A DNA stretch of 64,000 nt, from the NCBI GenBank assembly GCA_964460975.1, contig CAYWTN010000001.1:61202-125201 (forward strand), written 5' to 3'. Position 1 is the first letter of the stretch, and each line of letters opens with the position of its first letter. Origin of the DNA: an uncultured Pseudomonadales bacterium (GTDB lineage Bacteria; Patescibacteriota; Microgenomatia; UBA1400; UBA1396). The notes beneath the pieces were generated by a model that saw only the letters and a program-made list of their open reading frames with translations, was not told where the DNA came from and searched no databases. Made by a program: the position numbers and the translations under genes. Below, piece by piece: positions 40,144-49,687 of this stretch.

Positions 40144-41238
40144 ATGAATCGAAAATTTCTCTCCTCCTTCTTTTTCTTCACAGTGGTTGTTGCAGCGGTT
40201 TTCATGGGCACCTTTCTGCTCCTTCAGCAAAAAAAGAATCCCACGACTCGCTCCGACTCTCCAGCAAAAAGATCTGGCAATCTGCTTTCTCAGCTGCTCC
40301 CCAACTCACCTGCGCCATCGCCATCACCTGATCCTTTTGCCGGGCTCACTCTTCCGTATCTCCAGCAGCGAATCTATCAAAGCAACCTTGGGGAGATGCA
40401 AAAGATCAGCGAAACCGCAACGCACATAAACTTCCTCACGAGCTACACTTCAGACGGCCTCACCATTCATGGGCTGCTCACTCAACCCAAGGGGGAAATG
40501 CCAGAGGGTGGCTGGCCGGCGGTGGTTTTTATTCACGGCTATATTCCTCCAACCCAGTACCGAACTCAAGAAAAGTATCAGGAGTTTGTGAACTATCTGG
40601 CCCGTAATGATCTGGTGGTTTTCAAAATTGATTTGCGAGGACACGGAAACTCTGAGGGCGAGCCTGGCGGCGCCTACTACTCGAGCGATTATGTCATCGA
40701 TGCTCTCAACGCCAGGGCCGCTTTGCAAAACGCAGAGTTTGTTCACCCAGACAAGATTGGCTTGTGGGGGCACAGTATGGCAGGCAATATTGTTCTGCGC
40801 GCTCTAGCGGCCCAACCAGAGATTCGTGCTGGCGTTATCTGGGCTGGCGCCGTTTATACCTACCAGGATATGCAAGATTTTGGCATTCAGGATAGCTCGT
40901 ATCAGGCACCTCGTTCTGGTGTGCCACAGCAGCAGCGACGGGCGAAACTTTTTGAAAGCCATGGTTCCTTCGAGAAGGATAATCCTTTCTGGCGGCAAGT
41001 GCCCGCAACCAACTACCTACAGGACGTTTCTGGTGCGGTACAGATCCATCATGCGGTAAACGATGATGTAGTGAGCATTGAGTACAGCCGCAACCTTGCT
41101 CCTCTCCTCGAAACCGCTGATGTAGCGTACGAACTCCATGAGTACCCCAGTGGGGGGCACAACCTCACTGGTGCCGCGTTTAGCCAAGCAATGCAGAGAA
41201 CCGTGGAGTTTCTGCAGGTACATTTAACAGGAAATTAA
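40144..41238 (+). CDS. Secreted alpha/beta hydrolase (S9 peptidase/dienelactone hydrolase-like)
   Basis: Signal/TM N-terminus. GLWGHSMAG nucleophile elbow. Confidence 0.7.
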   Translation: MNRKFLSSFFFFTVVVAAVFMGTFLLLQQKKNPTTRSDSPAKRSGNLLSQLLPNSPAPSPSPDPFAGLTLPYLQQRIYQSNLGEMQKISETATHINFLTSYTSDGLTIHGLLTQPKGEMPEGGWPAVVFIHGYIPPTQYRTQEKYQEFVNYLARNDLVVFKIDLRGHGNSEGEPGGAYYSSDYVIDALNARAALQNAEFVHPDKIGLWGHSMAGNIVLRALAAQPEIRAGVIWAGAVYTYQDMQDFGIQDSSYQAPRSGVPQQQRRAKLFESHGSFEKDNPFWRQVPATNYLQDVSGAVQIHHAVNDDVVSIEYSRNLAPLLETADVAYELHEYPSGGHNLTGAAFSQAMQRTVEFLQVHLTGN

Positions 41239-41250
41239 AATTCTTCTCTT

Positions 41251-41328
41251 CCGCCATGGGCATACTCGAGAAGAGTCCCTTTTTTGCGGCGATGAGTGAG
41301 TATGCCCATGGCGGAGAGGGCGAGATTC
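41251..41328. repeat. Repeat R1: 17-bp inverted repeat hairpin (CCGCCATGGGCATACTC ... GAGTATGCCCATGGCGG) fused to a 20-nt copy of the tRNA-Ser 3' end
   Basis: TGGCGGAGAGGGCGAGATTC at 41309-41328 duplicates 41446-41465. A second copy of the roughly 62-nt hairpin core occurs at 52998-53064, at about 92% identity. Confidence 0.6.
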
Positions 41329-41445
41329 ACCCCAGGAGTATTTCTCAGGTTCGCTCGGCTAACGCCTCGCAAACTTGATGAGCACGAACTCTGCTCGTCC
41401 TTGCCAACACCACTTCCGCCACGCCCATGCCTAACGGCATCAGCG

Positions 41446-41535
41446 TGGCGGAGAGGGCGAGATTCGAACTCGCGGTGCCATTGCTGACACGGAGGTTTAG
41501 TAAACCTCTGCACTCGGCCACTATGCGACCTCTCC
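41446..41535 (-). tRNA. tRNA-Ser, type II with long variable arm and encoded CCA; anticodon loop UUACUAA gives apparent anticodon ACU
   Basis: GGAGAGG-TC-GCA-TAGTGGCCGAG-TGC-A-GAGGT-TTACTAA-ACCTC-CGTGTCAGCAATGGCACC-GCGAG-TTCGAAT-CTCGC-CCTCTCC-G-CCA. Confidence 0.8.
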
Positions 41536-41568
41536 AACTGCCTCGATTGTACCAAACAAGGAAAGAAA

Positions 41569-43428
41569 TTATTCGTCGAGAGTAGAAGTGTCCCCCACAT
41601 CAAAACCGAGATACTGTGCCTTGAGGAGACGTCGTACGATTTTACCGCTCCGTGTTTTGGGCAGCGAAGCACGGGATTGAATCACCGAGGGCACCGCTAT
41701 GTAACCGATGGCGTCTTTGACCCAGCGCTTGAGCGACAGCTCAAGCGCTGGTGAAAATGTTTCGTTATAGGCAAGCACAACAAAAGCTACAATCGCCTCT
41801 CCGCGCAGTTCATCTGGAACAGCAATCACGGCTGCTTCTACTACGGCATCATGTGAGACCAGCGCACTTTCTACTTCGGCCGTACCAACCCGCATACCAG
41901 CTACGTTCACCACATCATCGGCTCGCCCCAAGAACGTCATCCTTCCTTGCTCATCCCATTGCGCCATATCACCAGTAGCAAAAAGTGTTCGTCCATTGAT
42001 AATTTGCCAATACTGTAAGAAACGCTCATGGTTATTCCAGCAATCAAGCAACGCTCCTGGCCAAGGTTGCCCCAGGAAAACCTGTCCAATTGTATTTGGC
42101 TCAGTGACGATTTGATTCTGCTCATCCAACAAAATAAGCTCTACACCATAGTATGGCCAGCCAGCGGTTCCCGCCTTTTGCGGCATACCAGGAAGCGTTA
42201 CCACCATGTGCCCGCCTGTTTCGGTTTGCCACCAAGTATCTACAATCGGAAGACGCCCCTTCCCCACAACACGGCTGTACCATTCCCAGGCGGCTGGGTT
42301 GATTGGTTCGCCCACGCTCCCCAGAATCTGTAGCGATGAGAGATCATACTTCTCAAGAGGCGCATCGCCCTCTCGCATGAGGAGACGAAGGGCCGTGGGA
42401 GAGGTGTAGAAACTCTGCACTTTGTAGCGCTCGATAAGCTCCCAGTATCTCCCAACATGCGGAAACACCGGCGAACCCTCATATATTATTGAGGTAATAC
42501 CATTGGAAAGCGCTCCATACACCACATAACTATGGCCAGTGATCCAGCCGATATCGGCGGTCGTCCAGTGAATACTTTCCTCGTGCAGAGCAAAAACATC
42601 TCTCATCGTGACATGCGCGTAGAGACTATACCCTCCATGTCCGTGCACAATCCCCTTGGGTGAGCCAGTTGTGCCCGAAGTGTAGAGAATAAAAAGAGGA
42701 TGAGAACTTTCCACCCAAACTGGCGAAAAATCGGCTGGTTCTTGCTCGAAAAGCTCCATGTCAATCTCATTCGGTTGCCAATGTGGACGATGATCGGTGG
42801 GGCGGCGGGCGACGACCACTTGAAGGGTAAAAGGCAGTCGCTCCGCCGCCCCCCGAACTACCGACAAAAGATCATGTTTTTTTCCACTTTTCTGTGTAGA
42901 AGTGGTCGTGAAAACCATTTTTGCTCCAGCGTCTTCGATTCGAGCCGCCAAAGCTTGAGCACTCAATCCAGCATAAACCAAAGAATGAATCGCCCCCATT
43001 CGAGCGCAAGCAAGCATAACTATAATCGCCTCGATACTTGTTGGCATGTAAAGCGCTACCCGATCACCTTGCTGCACTCCCCGTTTCTGCAAAAAATTTG
43101 CCATCTGTTGCACTTTGCTCAAAAGCTGGCGGAAAGAGATGCGGACCTCTTCATCGCGCTCATTAACAAAAATATAGGCAGTATGATCACCTCTCCCAGA
43201 CAAAACATGACGATCCAAACAGTTGTACGTGATATTAAGCTCGCCCTCAACAAACCACCGATACTCTGGAGCCTCCCAAACGAGTGTCTGAGTATACGGC
43301 TTATGCCAAAAAAGCTCTTTTTGTGCTTCGTTATCCCAAAAAATCCCCGACTCATGTATGGAAGACTGATAACGTTCATGATACTTCTGGGAAGAAATCA
43401 TAATCTCTATCATAACCCCTTGTGGCAA
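41569..43428 (-). CDS. acs: Acetyl-CoA synthetase (AMP-forming)
   Basis: TSGTTGSPKGIVHGHGGY, WWQTETGG and a C-terminal PKTRSGKIVRR-like motif. 619 aa. Confidence 0.9.
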   Translation of the reverse strand: MPQGVMIEIMISSQKYHERYQSSIHESGIFWDNEAQKELFWHKPYTQTLVWEAPEYRWFVEGELNITYNCLDRHVLSGRGDHTAYIFVNERDEEVRISFRQLLSKVQQMANFLQKRGVQQGDRVALYMPTSIEAIIVMLACARMGAIHSLVYAGLSAQALAARIEDAGAKMVFTTTSTQKSGKKHDLLSVVRGAAERLPFTLQVVVARRPTDHRPHWQPNEIDMELFEQEPADFSPVWVESSHPLFILYTSGTTGSPKGIVHGHGGYSLYAHVTMRDVFALHEESIHWTTADIGWITGHSYVVYGALSNGITSIIYEGSPVFPHVGRYWELIERYKVQSFYTSPTALRLLMREGDAPLEKYDLSSLQILGSVGEPINPAAWEWYSRVVGKGRLPIVDTWWQTETGGHMVVTLPGMPQKAGTAGWPYYGVELILLDEQNQIVTEPNTIGQVFLGQPWPGALLDCWNNHERFLQYWQIINGRTLFATGDMAQWDEQGRMTFLGRADDVVNVAGMRVGTAEVESALVSHDAVVEAAVIAVPDELRGEAIVAFVVLAYNETFSPALELSLKRWVKDAIGYIAVPSVIQSRASLPKTRSGKIVRRLLKAQYLGFDVGDTSTLDE

Positions 43429-43473
43429 AACTTGATAATTGTCCTTGCGCTCATTTTTTTCTAAGATAGAGAT

Positions 43474-46011
43474 GTGTCCAATCTCCCATCTTCATCCCAC
43501 ACCTACCAAACAATGAGCACCGCTTCACAGGAAGCTGTTTGGCAAAAGCTCCAATCGAGCGAAGAAGGACTTTCCCAAAGTGAAGCACTCAAAAGGCACT
43601 CTGTGCATGGCGCCAACACGCTCAAGCTTACACAAATGAGTGGGCTCAGCATTCTTGTCCGCCAGTTCAAGTCACCTTTTGTCTACATTCTCTTCATTGC
43701 TGGCGTGCTGGCAGTCGGGTTGGGCGAATTCATCGATGGTGGAATGATTTTTCTTTTCATCATCATCAATGCCGCCCTTGGCTTCTTCCAGGAGTTTCGC
43801 TCGGAACAAGCGGTGCAACTCCTCAACCGATTCACCACACCAAAAGCGAGCGTGCTCAGAGACGGCAAGACACAAGAAGTCCCTACTCCCGAACTCGTTC
43901 CTGGTGATGTAGTTCAACTTCTGCCTGGAGATATCATCCCCGCAGATCTACGCCTTTTTCACGCTCACCATTTAGCACTCGATGAATCTCTCCTCACTGG
44001 CGAAAGTGAGCCGAGCAGTAAAAAAACATTGCCAGTAAAGATGTCTTCGCCTGCTGTACATGAAGCAAGTAATATTGCCTTTTCTGGAACAACCGTTGTG
44101 AGTGGCCAGGGAAGTGGTGTGGTCATCGCAACCGGCTCGCAGGCATACTTGGGAAGTATTGCCAAACTCACCGTAGAAACGAATAAAGTGAGTAGCTTTG
44201 AAAAAGGCATGCAGAGCTTTAGCCATTTTATCCTCAAGCTTGTTTCGGTCACGCTTGTGCTTGTTTTTCTGGCTAACCTTCTCATAAAAGGTGGCGATGC
44301 CAGTTTGAGTGAGATGATTCTTTTTGTGATTGCACTCTCCGCTGCCGTCATTCCTGAGGCACTGCCACTTGTTATTACGTTTAGCCTTTCACGCGGCGCC
44401 ATGCGACTTTCCAAACATAAAGTGGTGGTCAAGCGTCTTTCAGCAATCGAAGACCTGGGAGGAATCCAGATCCTCTGTACCGATAAAACCGGGACCATCA
44501 CCGAAAATAAACTTACCGTGAATGAAGTTTATGGCAAAGAAAAGGAAGTCCTTTTCCAGGCTCATGCGGCTATTTTCCACAAATCTCTCCAACTTGATCC
44601 CCTAGATGCAGCCATAGAAAATGCCTACCACAAAACTGGTGCAGATACTCCTTTTAACGTTCTTTCCGAACTTCCATTTGACCCCGAAAGAAAGCGTAGC
44701 AGTGCCATTATTGAGCAAAACGGCAAATACCATCTTTTTGTTCGAGGTGCTGCCGACACTATCTTGCCGCACCTTACAACCGCACCAGAAAAATCCTTCA
44801 CTGAGTGGATCGAGAAACAAGAAATGGCTGGGAGACGAGTCATTCTGGTTGCCCACAAAAACACAACTGAGAGCAAAGAATACAGCAAAAAACTTGAGGA
44901 AAAGGATCTCATTCTTACTGGAGCCATTTCTCTCGCTGACCCTCTCAAAAAAAGCGCTGCGGCTGCCGTGCAAAAAGCAAAAAAACTGGGCATTGAGATT
45001 AAAATTATTACTGGTGATAGCGCCGTCGTTGCCAAACATATCGCCACAGAAGTTGGTCTTATTGCACCAGAGGAGGAAGTGCTCACTGGATCACAGTTTT
45101 TTGCGCTCACTGCAAAACAGCAGGAAGTTGCTGCTCACAAAGTACGAGTTTTTGCCCGCTTCTCTCCTTCGCAAAAATACCAACTCATTGAGATTCTCCA
45201 ACAGAAAAAAGAGGTTGGTTTTATAGGAGACGGAATCAATGATGCTCCCGCTCTCAAACTCGCAAATGTGGCCGTGGCCGTAGAAGGGGCAACCGATATT
45301 GCCCGAGAAGCGGCCGATGTGATCCTCCTCAATCCAAGCTTGAATGTCATTATCAACGGCATCGAGGAAGGCCGTGAGGTTTTTGCCAACACCATTAAGT
45401 ACATCAAAATGACTTTGGCCTCCAACTTTGGGAACTTCTACGCCATTGCCATTGTGACGCTTTTTATCCCCTTCTTACCGATGCTTCCTATCCAGATATT
45501 GCTTGTGAACTTGCTCTCAGACTTTCCCCTGATTGCCGTGGCGACCGACTCTGTTGATTCGAGCGAAATCCGCCAACCAGAAAGTTACAATATCAAAGAC
45601 TTTGCTATTGCCACGACTGTTTTCGGTATTTTGAGCAGCGCCTTTGACTTTCTCTTCTTCGCCCTTTTCTTTCGAATCTCTCCAGAAGTTCTTCAGACCA
45701 ACTGGTTTATTGGCAGCATTCTCACCGAATTAGCGCTTTTGTATTCACTGCGAACACATCTTCCCTTTTTCCGAGCCAGCGTGCCATCAAAAACTATTAT
45801 TATCCTTACCATCTTGGCCGCAGCCACGACGCTGGCCATTCCCTTCACTTCCTTTGGCCAGAATGTCTTCCGCTTTGTTGCGCCAAGCAGCCAGCACCTC
45901 TTTGTCATTTTTGCTGTAGTAGTGGTGTATTTCATACTCAACGAAGTGCTCAAACTGGTGTACTATCGCTTTCTTGGTAATAGAAATACAAGGGAAAATG
46001 CGATAGCATAG
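43474..46011 (+). CDS. Cation-transporting P-type ATPase (type II/III, Mg2+/Ca2+-like)
   Basis: DKTGTITENK phosphorylation motif, GDGINDAPALKLANVAVAV and about 10 TM helices. 845 aa. Confidence 0.9.
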   Translation: MSNLPSSSHTYQTMSTASQEAVWQKLQSSEEGLSQSEALKRHSVHGANTLKLTQMSGLSILVRQFKSPFVYILFIAGVLAVGLGEFIDGGMIFLFIIINAALGFFQEFRSEQAVQLLNRFTTPKASVLRDGKTQEVPTPELVPGDVVQLLPGDIIPADLRLFHAHHLALDESLLTGESEPSSKKTLPVKMSSPAVHEASNIAFSGTTVVSGQGSGVVIATGSQAYLGSIAKLTVETNKVSSFEKGMQSFSHFILKLVSVTLVLVFLANLLIKGGDASLSEMILFVIALSAAVIPEALPLVITFSLSRGAMRLSKHKVVVKRLSAIEDLGGIQILCTDKTGTITENKLTVNEVYGKEKEVLFQAHAAIFHKSLQLDPLDAAIENAYHKTGADTPFNVLSELPFDPERKRSSAIIEQNGKYHLFVRGAADTILPHLTTAPEKSFTEWIEKQEMAGRRVILVAHKNTTESKEYSKKLEEKDLILTGAISLADPLKKSAAAAVQKAKKLGIEIKIITGDSAVVAKHIATEVGLIAPEEEVLTGSQFFALTAKQQEVAAHKVRVFARFSPSQKYQLIEILQQKKEVGFIGDGINDAPALKLANVAVAVEGATDIAREAADVILLNPSLNVIINGIEEGREVFANTIKYIKMTLASNFGNFYAIAIVTLFIPFLPMLPIQILLVNLLSDFPLIAVATDSVDSSEIRQPESYNIKDFAIATTVFGILSSAFDFLFFALFFRISPEVLQTNWFIGSILTELALLYSLRTHLPFFRASVPSKTIIILTILAAATTLAIPFTSFGQNVFRFVAPSSQHLFVIFAVVVVYFILNEVLKLVYYRFLGNRNTRENAIA

Positions 46012-46018
46012 AAAATAT

Positions 46019-46720
46019 ATGCTCAAGAAACTCCAAAAGTTTTGTGAACAAAATACCTTCTTTTCTCGTTACCTTGACCGATTTTTGGGTCTTGGACTTT
46101 TCTTTCAGTCGCTTCTTATTTTTTACCTTTTCTTGCTCCATCTCAATTTTGGATTCTTTGGTTTATACCCACTCTGGCTCTCTCCGTTATTGCTCCTTGG
46201 TATTTTTGCACTTGGGACAACACTCTACACACTTCTCACAACCCGAGCCCTGAACAAAAAGACACTCAAAGGGAAAAAAGAAAAAAGACCAGCCACTAAC
46301 ATACTGCAAATGCTAGCAATTATCATGAGTACCATGAGTATTCTGGTTACCGCAGCCATTGCCTACTCACTCCTCAATGAACAACCGCCAAAATTCTTTC
46401 CCTTTGATGATCCGCAAGCACAATACACCGTTACCAAACGTGGAAAAAACTACTTCGTTCGCTATCAATCTGTTGGAGATATGAACACAAAGACCTTCTG
46501 TGGGCAACACCGTGGACGAGTTGTTTGCCGCAACAGAGTGGACGATGATATTGAAGTCATGGTTGGTAAGAGCCCTGTTGACTTGGCTCCTCTTGTTGGC
46601 AAATCCGTTCAGCTTGAGGGCATATTCCGCTACAGTGATAAGCAATGTATCCTCGATTCTTGCCATGATATTGGCCGCTGGGCAGTTCTCCATATTAGGA
46701 ATCTGCAGCTTTCTCAGTAA
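46019..46720 (+). CDS. Hypothetical membrane protein (3 N-terminal TM helices, Cys-containing C-terminal domain)
   Basis: Hydrophobic N-terminus. No motif recognised. Confidence 0.45.
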   Translation: MLKKLQKFCEQNTFFSRYLDRFLGLGLFFQSLLIFYLFLLHLNFGFFGLYPLWLSPLLLLGIFALGTTLYTLLTTRALNKKTLKGKKEKRPATNILQMLAIIMSTMSILVTAAIAYSLLNEQPPKFFPFDDPQAQYTVTKRGKNYFVRYQSVGDMNTKTFCGQHRGRVVCRNRVDDDIEVMVGKSPVDLAPLVGKSVQLEGIFRYSDKQCILDSCHDIGRWAVLHIRNLQLSQ

Positions 46721-46784
46721 ATGTCAGGAAAATGTCTTGTGATCGTCAAGCGGTCAGAGAGTGTTTGCGTAGACTCAGAGATCT

Positions 46785-47852
46785 ATGAAACACTTTCATT
46801 CCGTGGAGCGCGGTTATCGCTCACAACCAGAAAAGCGAGCAAAACTCGAGAGAAAAGTCACCGCAGAAACGCTGGCCTATACAGGGAGGAAGGCTACGGA
46901 ACATGCCGTCTTTGCCGCTTTACGAACCATTGAGGAGCGTTATAACGGACGCGGCGTACTCACCAAAGAAGAAATTGCCAAACTCAAAATTGATCTAGAT
47001 AGTGCTGCCGTCTCTGCTATGGAAGCAGTATTCTGGGAGCAGAATCTTGGTTGTATCGTTTCGGTAGGAAGTGAAGGAGCCAAGGAAGTCCTCCATGCAG
47101 GCAGCGCGGCCCCAAGTGTTCAGGGGTATTTTGGTGAAAATAAGCAAGCGTATATTGACTGCGTGAGCGACCCGGTAGAAGGCACATCTGCCGCTTCACA
47201 ACGCCAACCCGGCGCTGTTTCTGTCATCGCTTTTGGAGAGAAAGGTGGCCTTTTGGCCTCAAGAGAACAGGTCTACTATATGGAAAAACTCTTTGCCAGC
47301 GAGCAACTGCGAGGAGTGCTGTCACTTCATAACTCTCCTCTAGAAAACATTCAAGCTGCCCTTGCGCATCTTGGTATTCCGCCACAAGAACTTCATGTTG
47401 TTATGCTTGACCGACCGCGTAATAACGAACATAAATGGGCAGCGCAAAAAATGGGTGTTTCACTGCATTTGCTGGAAGGAGGAGATCTCATGCCTGGCCT
47501 GCTTGCCGTGAGCAATTTGTCGGAAAAACCGGTGATCCTCATGGGCAGCGGCGGATATGAGGAAGGCGTCATTGTTGCCGCCGCTGCCAAAGCTCTCGGT
47601 GGTTTTGCACAAGGGCGTGTACTCAATCAAGATCCCAATCTTCCGCAAAATGGTGTCTTAGAACTCCAGGATCTTGTGCCAGGTAAAAAGGAACATTGTG
47701 TTGTTACCGCTACGGCGATTACGCAGGATCCTTGGTTTGGTTTGCAAGCAGCAACCAGAAAAGTACGTGGAGATATGGAGCGATTTGCTGTTGAGTCCAT
47801 CACTTTTACTCATCATGGTGTGCAAGTGTATCATCCTGAGAAGACACGATAG
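46785..47852 (+). CDS. glpX: Fructose-1,6-bisphosphatase class II (GlpX-like)
   Basis: DPVEGT, YMEKL and ILMGSGGYEEGVIVAAAAKALGG match the GlpX family. Confidence 0.8.
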   Translation: MKHFHSVERGYRSQPEKRAKLERKVTAETLAYTGRKATEHAVFAALRTIEERYNGRGVLTKEEIAKLKIDLDSAAVSAMEAVFWEQNLGCIVSVGSEGAKEVLHAGSAAPSVQGYFGENKQAYIDCVSDPVEGTSAASQRQPGAVSVIAFGEKGGLLASREQVYYMEKLFASEQLRGVLSLHNSPLENIQAALAHLGIPPQELHVVMLDRPRNNEHKWAAQKMGVSLHLLEGGDLMPGLLAVSNLSEKPVILMGSGGYEEGVIVAAAAKALGGFAQGRVLNQDPNLPQNGVLELQDLVPGKKEHCVVTATAITQDPWFGLQAATRKVRGDMERFAVESITFTHHGVQVYHPEKTR

Positions 47853-49122
47853 AAAGCAACTTATATCCACGACTCACAACTGTTTGGAGTTGGTAGGGGC
47901 TGCGCTGGGCGAGAAGTTTTCTTCTCACCCGCGCAGCCAATCTATCCACAGCCCAATCGGAAACACCTAACTCACTCTCTTCTTGCCAAACGGCTTCGAT
48001 AATGGCATTGCGAGTAACAAGATTCCCTTTTTCTCCCAGCAAGCAATCAAAAAATCTTTGTTCTTTTTTGGTAAACTCGCTCAAATCCTTTTTATTTGTA
48101 CGCATGCTGTGGTGAATACTCCAAAAAAAGAGTGGTGAAAAAATATCGCCCTGGGCATTGAGTATGCCAGACTGCTGCAGATAATCGGGAGCCAGCTCGT
48201 TACTTTGAGAAAGGTTCTTAAGATACTTTTGTTCGTCGGCTGTGAGACTCGTAAAAATCTCCTCGCTCAATAACATGATATTTTCGTCAGTTCGTAAAGA
48301 TGTCTCCAGACGAGCTGCTTCTTCCCACAAATCGGGTGTATTTTTGAGATGAAGTGTCGCCAGCTGAAGATACTGCACATGTCCGCCACATAAGCGCTTG
48401 AGTTCCTGCATTACCTGAGGAGAACAACTCACTTCATGAGCCTTGTGCAGACGAGGCAAAAAAGATTCCTGCTCTTCTTGGTTGAGCGGAAGAATAAACT
48501 GTTGGGCAAAAAAACTCTGAGCAGAACTCTGTGGAAAAACATGCGGAACAAGCTCGTGAAGTGGTCGATAGCTTGTCACGACATACGATAGACTTGGCAA
48601 GCGATCCTTAAGCCCGTGGAGATTAAAAATGAACTCATTGGTGATGACCTGTTGCAATCGATCGAAACGTAAGAAAAAAAGTGTCACTGGACGGCCATTT
48701 TCACTCAGATGGTCGAGCAGCCGCTGAACAGCATGCGTAGCAAAGAAAACGTCACGCAACTGGATAGACTGGGTAAAGAGGGCTTCGCTTTGCTCTCGAA
48801 CACTTTGGTTTTCCAAATGTTCATGAACACTATCTAAAAGGGTTTTGAGGGTGAGCGTCCAAAGGGCGTAGAGATTGCGTTCCACAAGGTTGTTGAGATC
48901 GATTGGGATAAGGAGTGGTGGGCGCGGCGCAGTATGCGCCGCGCCCACCCTCAAAACACCTTCATTTTTCCTTCTTCTTAGGTACTGCCGTAAGAATGCA
49001 TTGATTCCCACGCGTTTCATTCCAATGAAAGCCACCGATTTTCTCTGTTCCAAAAAAGCGGTCAGTGACTCGTCGGCACGTAGCGAAAAATCAGAACTGC
49101 TAACAATGTCAAAAGGATGCAT
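47806..49122 (-). CDS. OmpR/PhoB-type winged-helix DNA-binding protein with a large non-receiver N-terminal domain (possible ATPase)
   Basis: C-terminal LVTRNAIIEAVWQEESELGVSDWAVDRLAARVRRKL...VVSRGYKL is a trans_reg_C-like wHTH. No receiver domain. N-terminal VAFIGMKRVGINAFLRQYL resembles a deviant P-loop. Confidence 0.6.
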   Translation of the reverse strand: MHPFDIVSSSDFSLRADESLTAFLEQRKSVAFIGMKRVGINAFLRQYLRRRKNEGVLRVGAAHTAPRPPLLIPIDLNNLVERNLYALWTLTLKTLLDSVHEHLENQSVREQSEALFTQSIQLRDVFFATHAVQRLLDHLSENGRPVTLFFLRFDRLQQVITNEFIFNLHGLKDRLPSLSYVVTSYRPLHELVPHVFPQSSAQSFFAQQFILPLNQEEQESFLPRLHKAHEVSCSPQVMQELKRLCGGHVQYLQLATLHLKNTPDLWEEAARLETSLRTDENIMLLSEEIFTSLTADEQKYLKNLSQSNELAPDYLQQSGILNAQGDIFSPLFFWSIHHSMRTNKKDLSEFTKKEQRFFDCLLGEKGNLVTRNAIIEAVWQEESELGVSDWAVDRLAARVRRKLLAQRSPYQLQTVVSRGYKLLSIVSSQDDTLAHHDE

Positions 49123-49312
49123 CCATATCTTTCTCTGTTACCATCTGGAAAACGCTATTGTAACAAATGATCCTGAGGCAAAAAATCCAGAGGAGATTCT
49201 TGTACATTCGGTAAGGATCTTTCACCACGAGGAATAATTGTCATACCTCTATTATAAACCTTGTATCTTCAAGCAAAATCGTGCATACTAAGAAAAATAG
49301 TAAAGGAGCTTT

Positions 49313-49657
49313 ATGCAGGTTCTACTTTCCCTCATTCTCAGCGGTATCGCGGTTCTCATCAGCGCGTACGTCATTCCAGGCGTAAGTGTCAACGGATTTT
49401 TTGACGCCGTAGTAGTGGCCGTCATTCTTTCTGTCGTGAACGCCGTCATCCGACCAGTGCTCTCACTGCTCACACTGCCAGTGAATATCCTCACGCTCGG
49501 TCTCTTCAGCTTTGTGCTCTCTGCACTCATGGTGATGGTTACCGGTGCTATCGTCCCTGGATTCACCGTAACGGGCTTTGTAGCCGCTCTCTTGTTTGCC
49601 ATCGTCCTCTCGTTGGTAAACGGTTTGCTCGGTGCGATTGCTCCTGAGAAGAAGTAA
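49313..49657 (+). CDS. Phage holin family 4 (PF04020/YvlD-like) small membrane protein
   Basis: 114 aa with 4 TM helices. The YVIPGVSVNGFFDAVVVAVILSVVNAVIRPVL pattern is typical of this family. Confidence 0.55.
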   Translation: MQVLLSLILSGIAVLISAYVIPGVSVNGFFDAVVVAVILSVVNAVIRPVLSLLTLPVNILTLGLFSFVLSALMVMVTGAIVPGFTVTGFVAALLFAIVLSLVNGLLGAIAPEKK

Positions 49658-49687
49658 TAATTCTAACAAGAAAACTCCTCCAGATAC

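Noticed and set aside
41235-41672. 145-aa minus-strand ORF covering tRNA-Ser and repeat R1
   Set aside because: Overlaps a tRNA and a repeat. The translation is Arg/Gly-rich junk.
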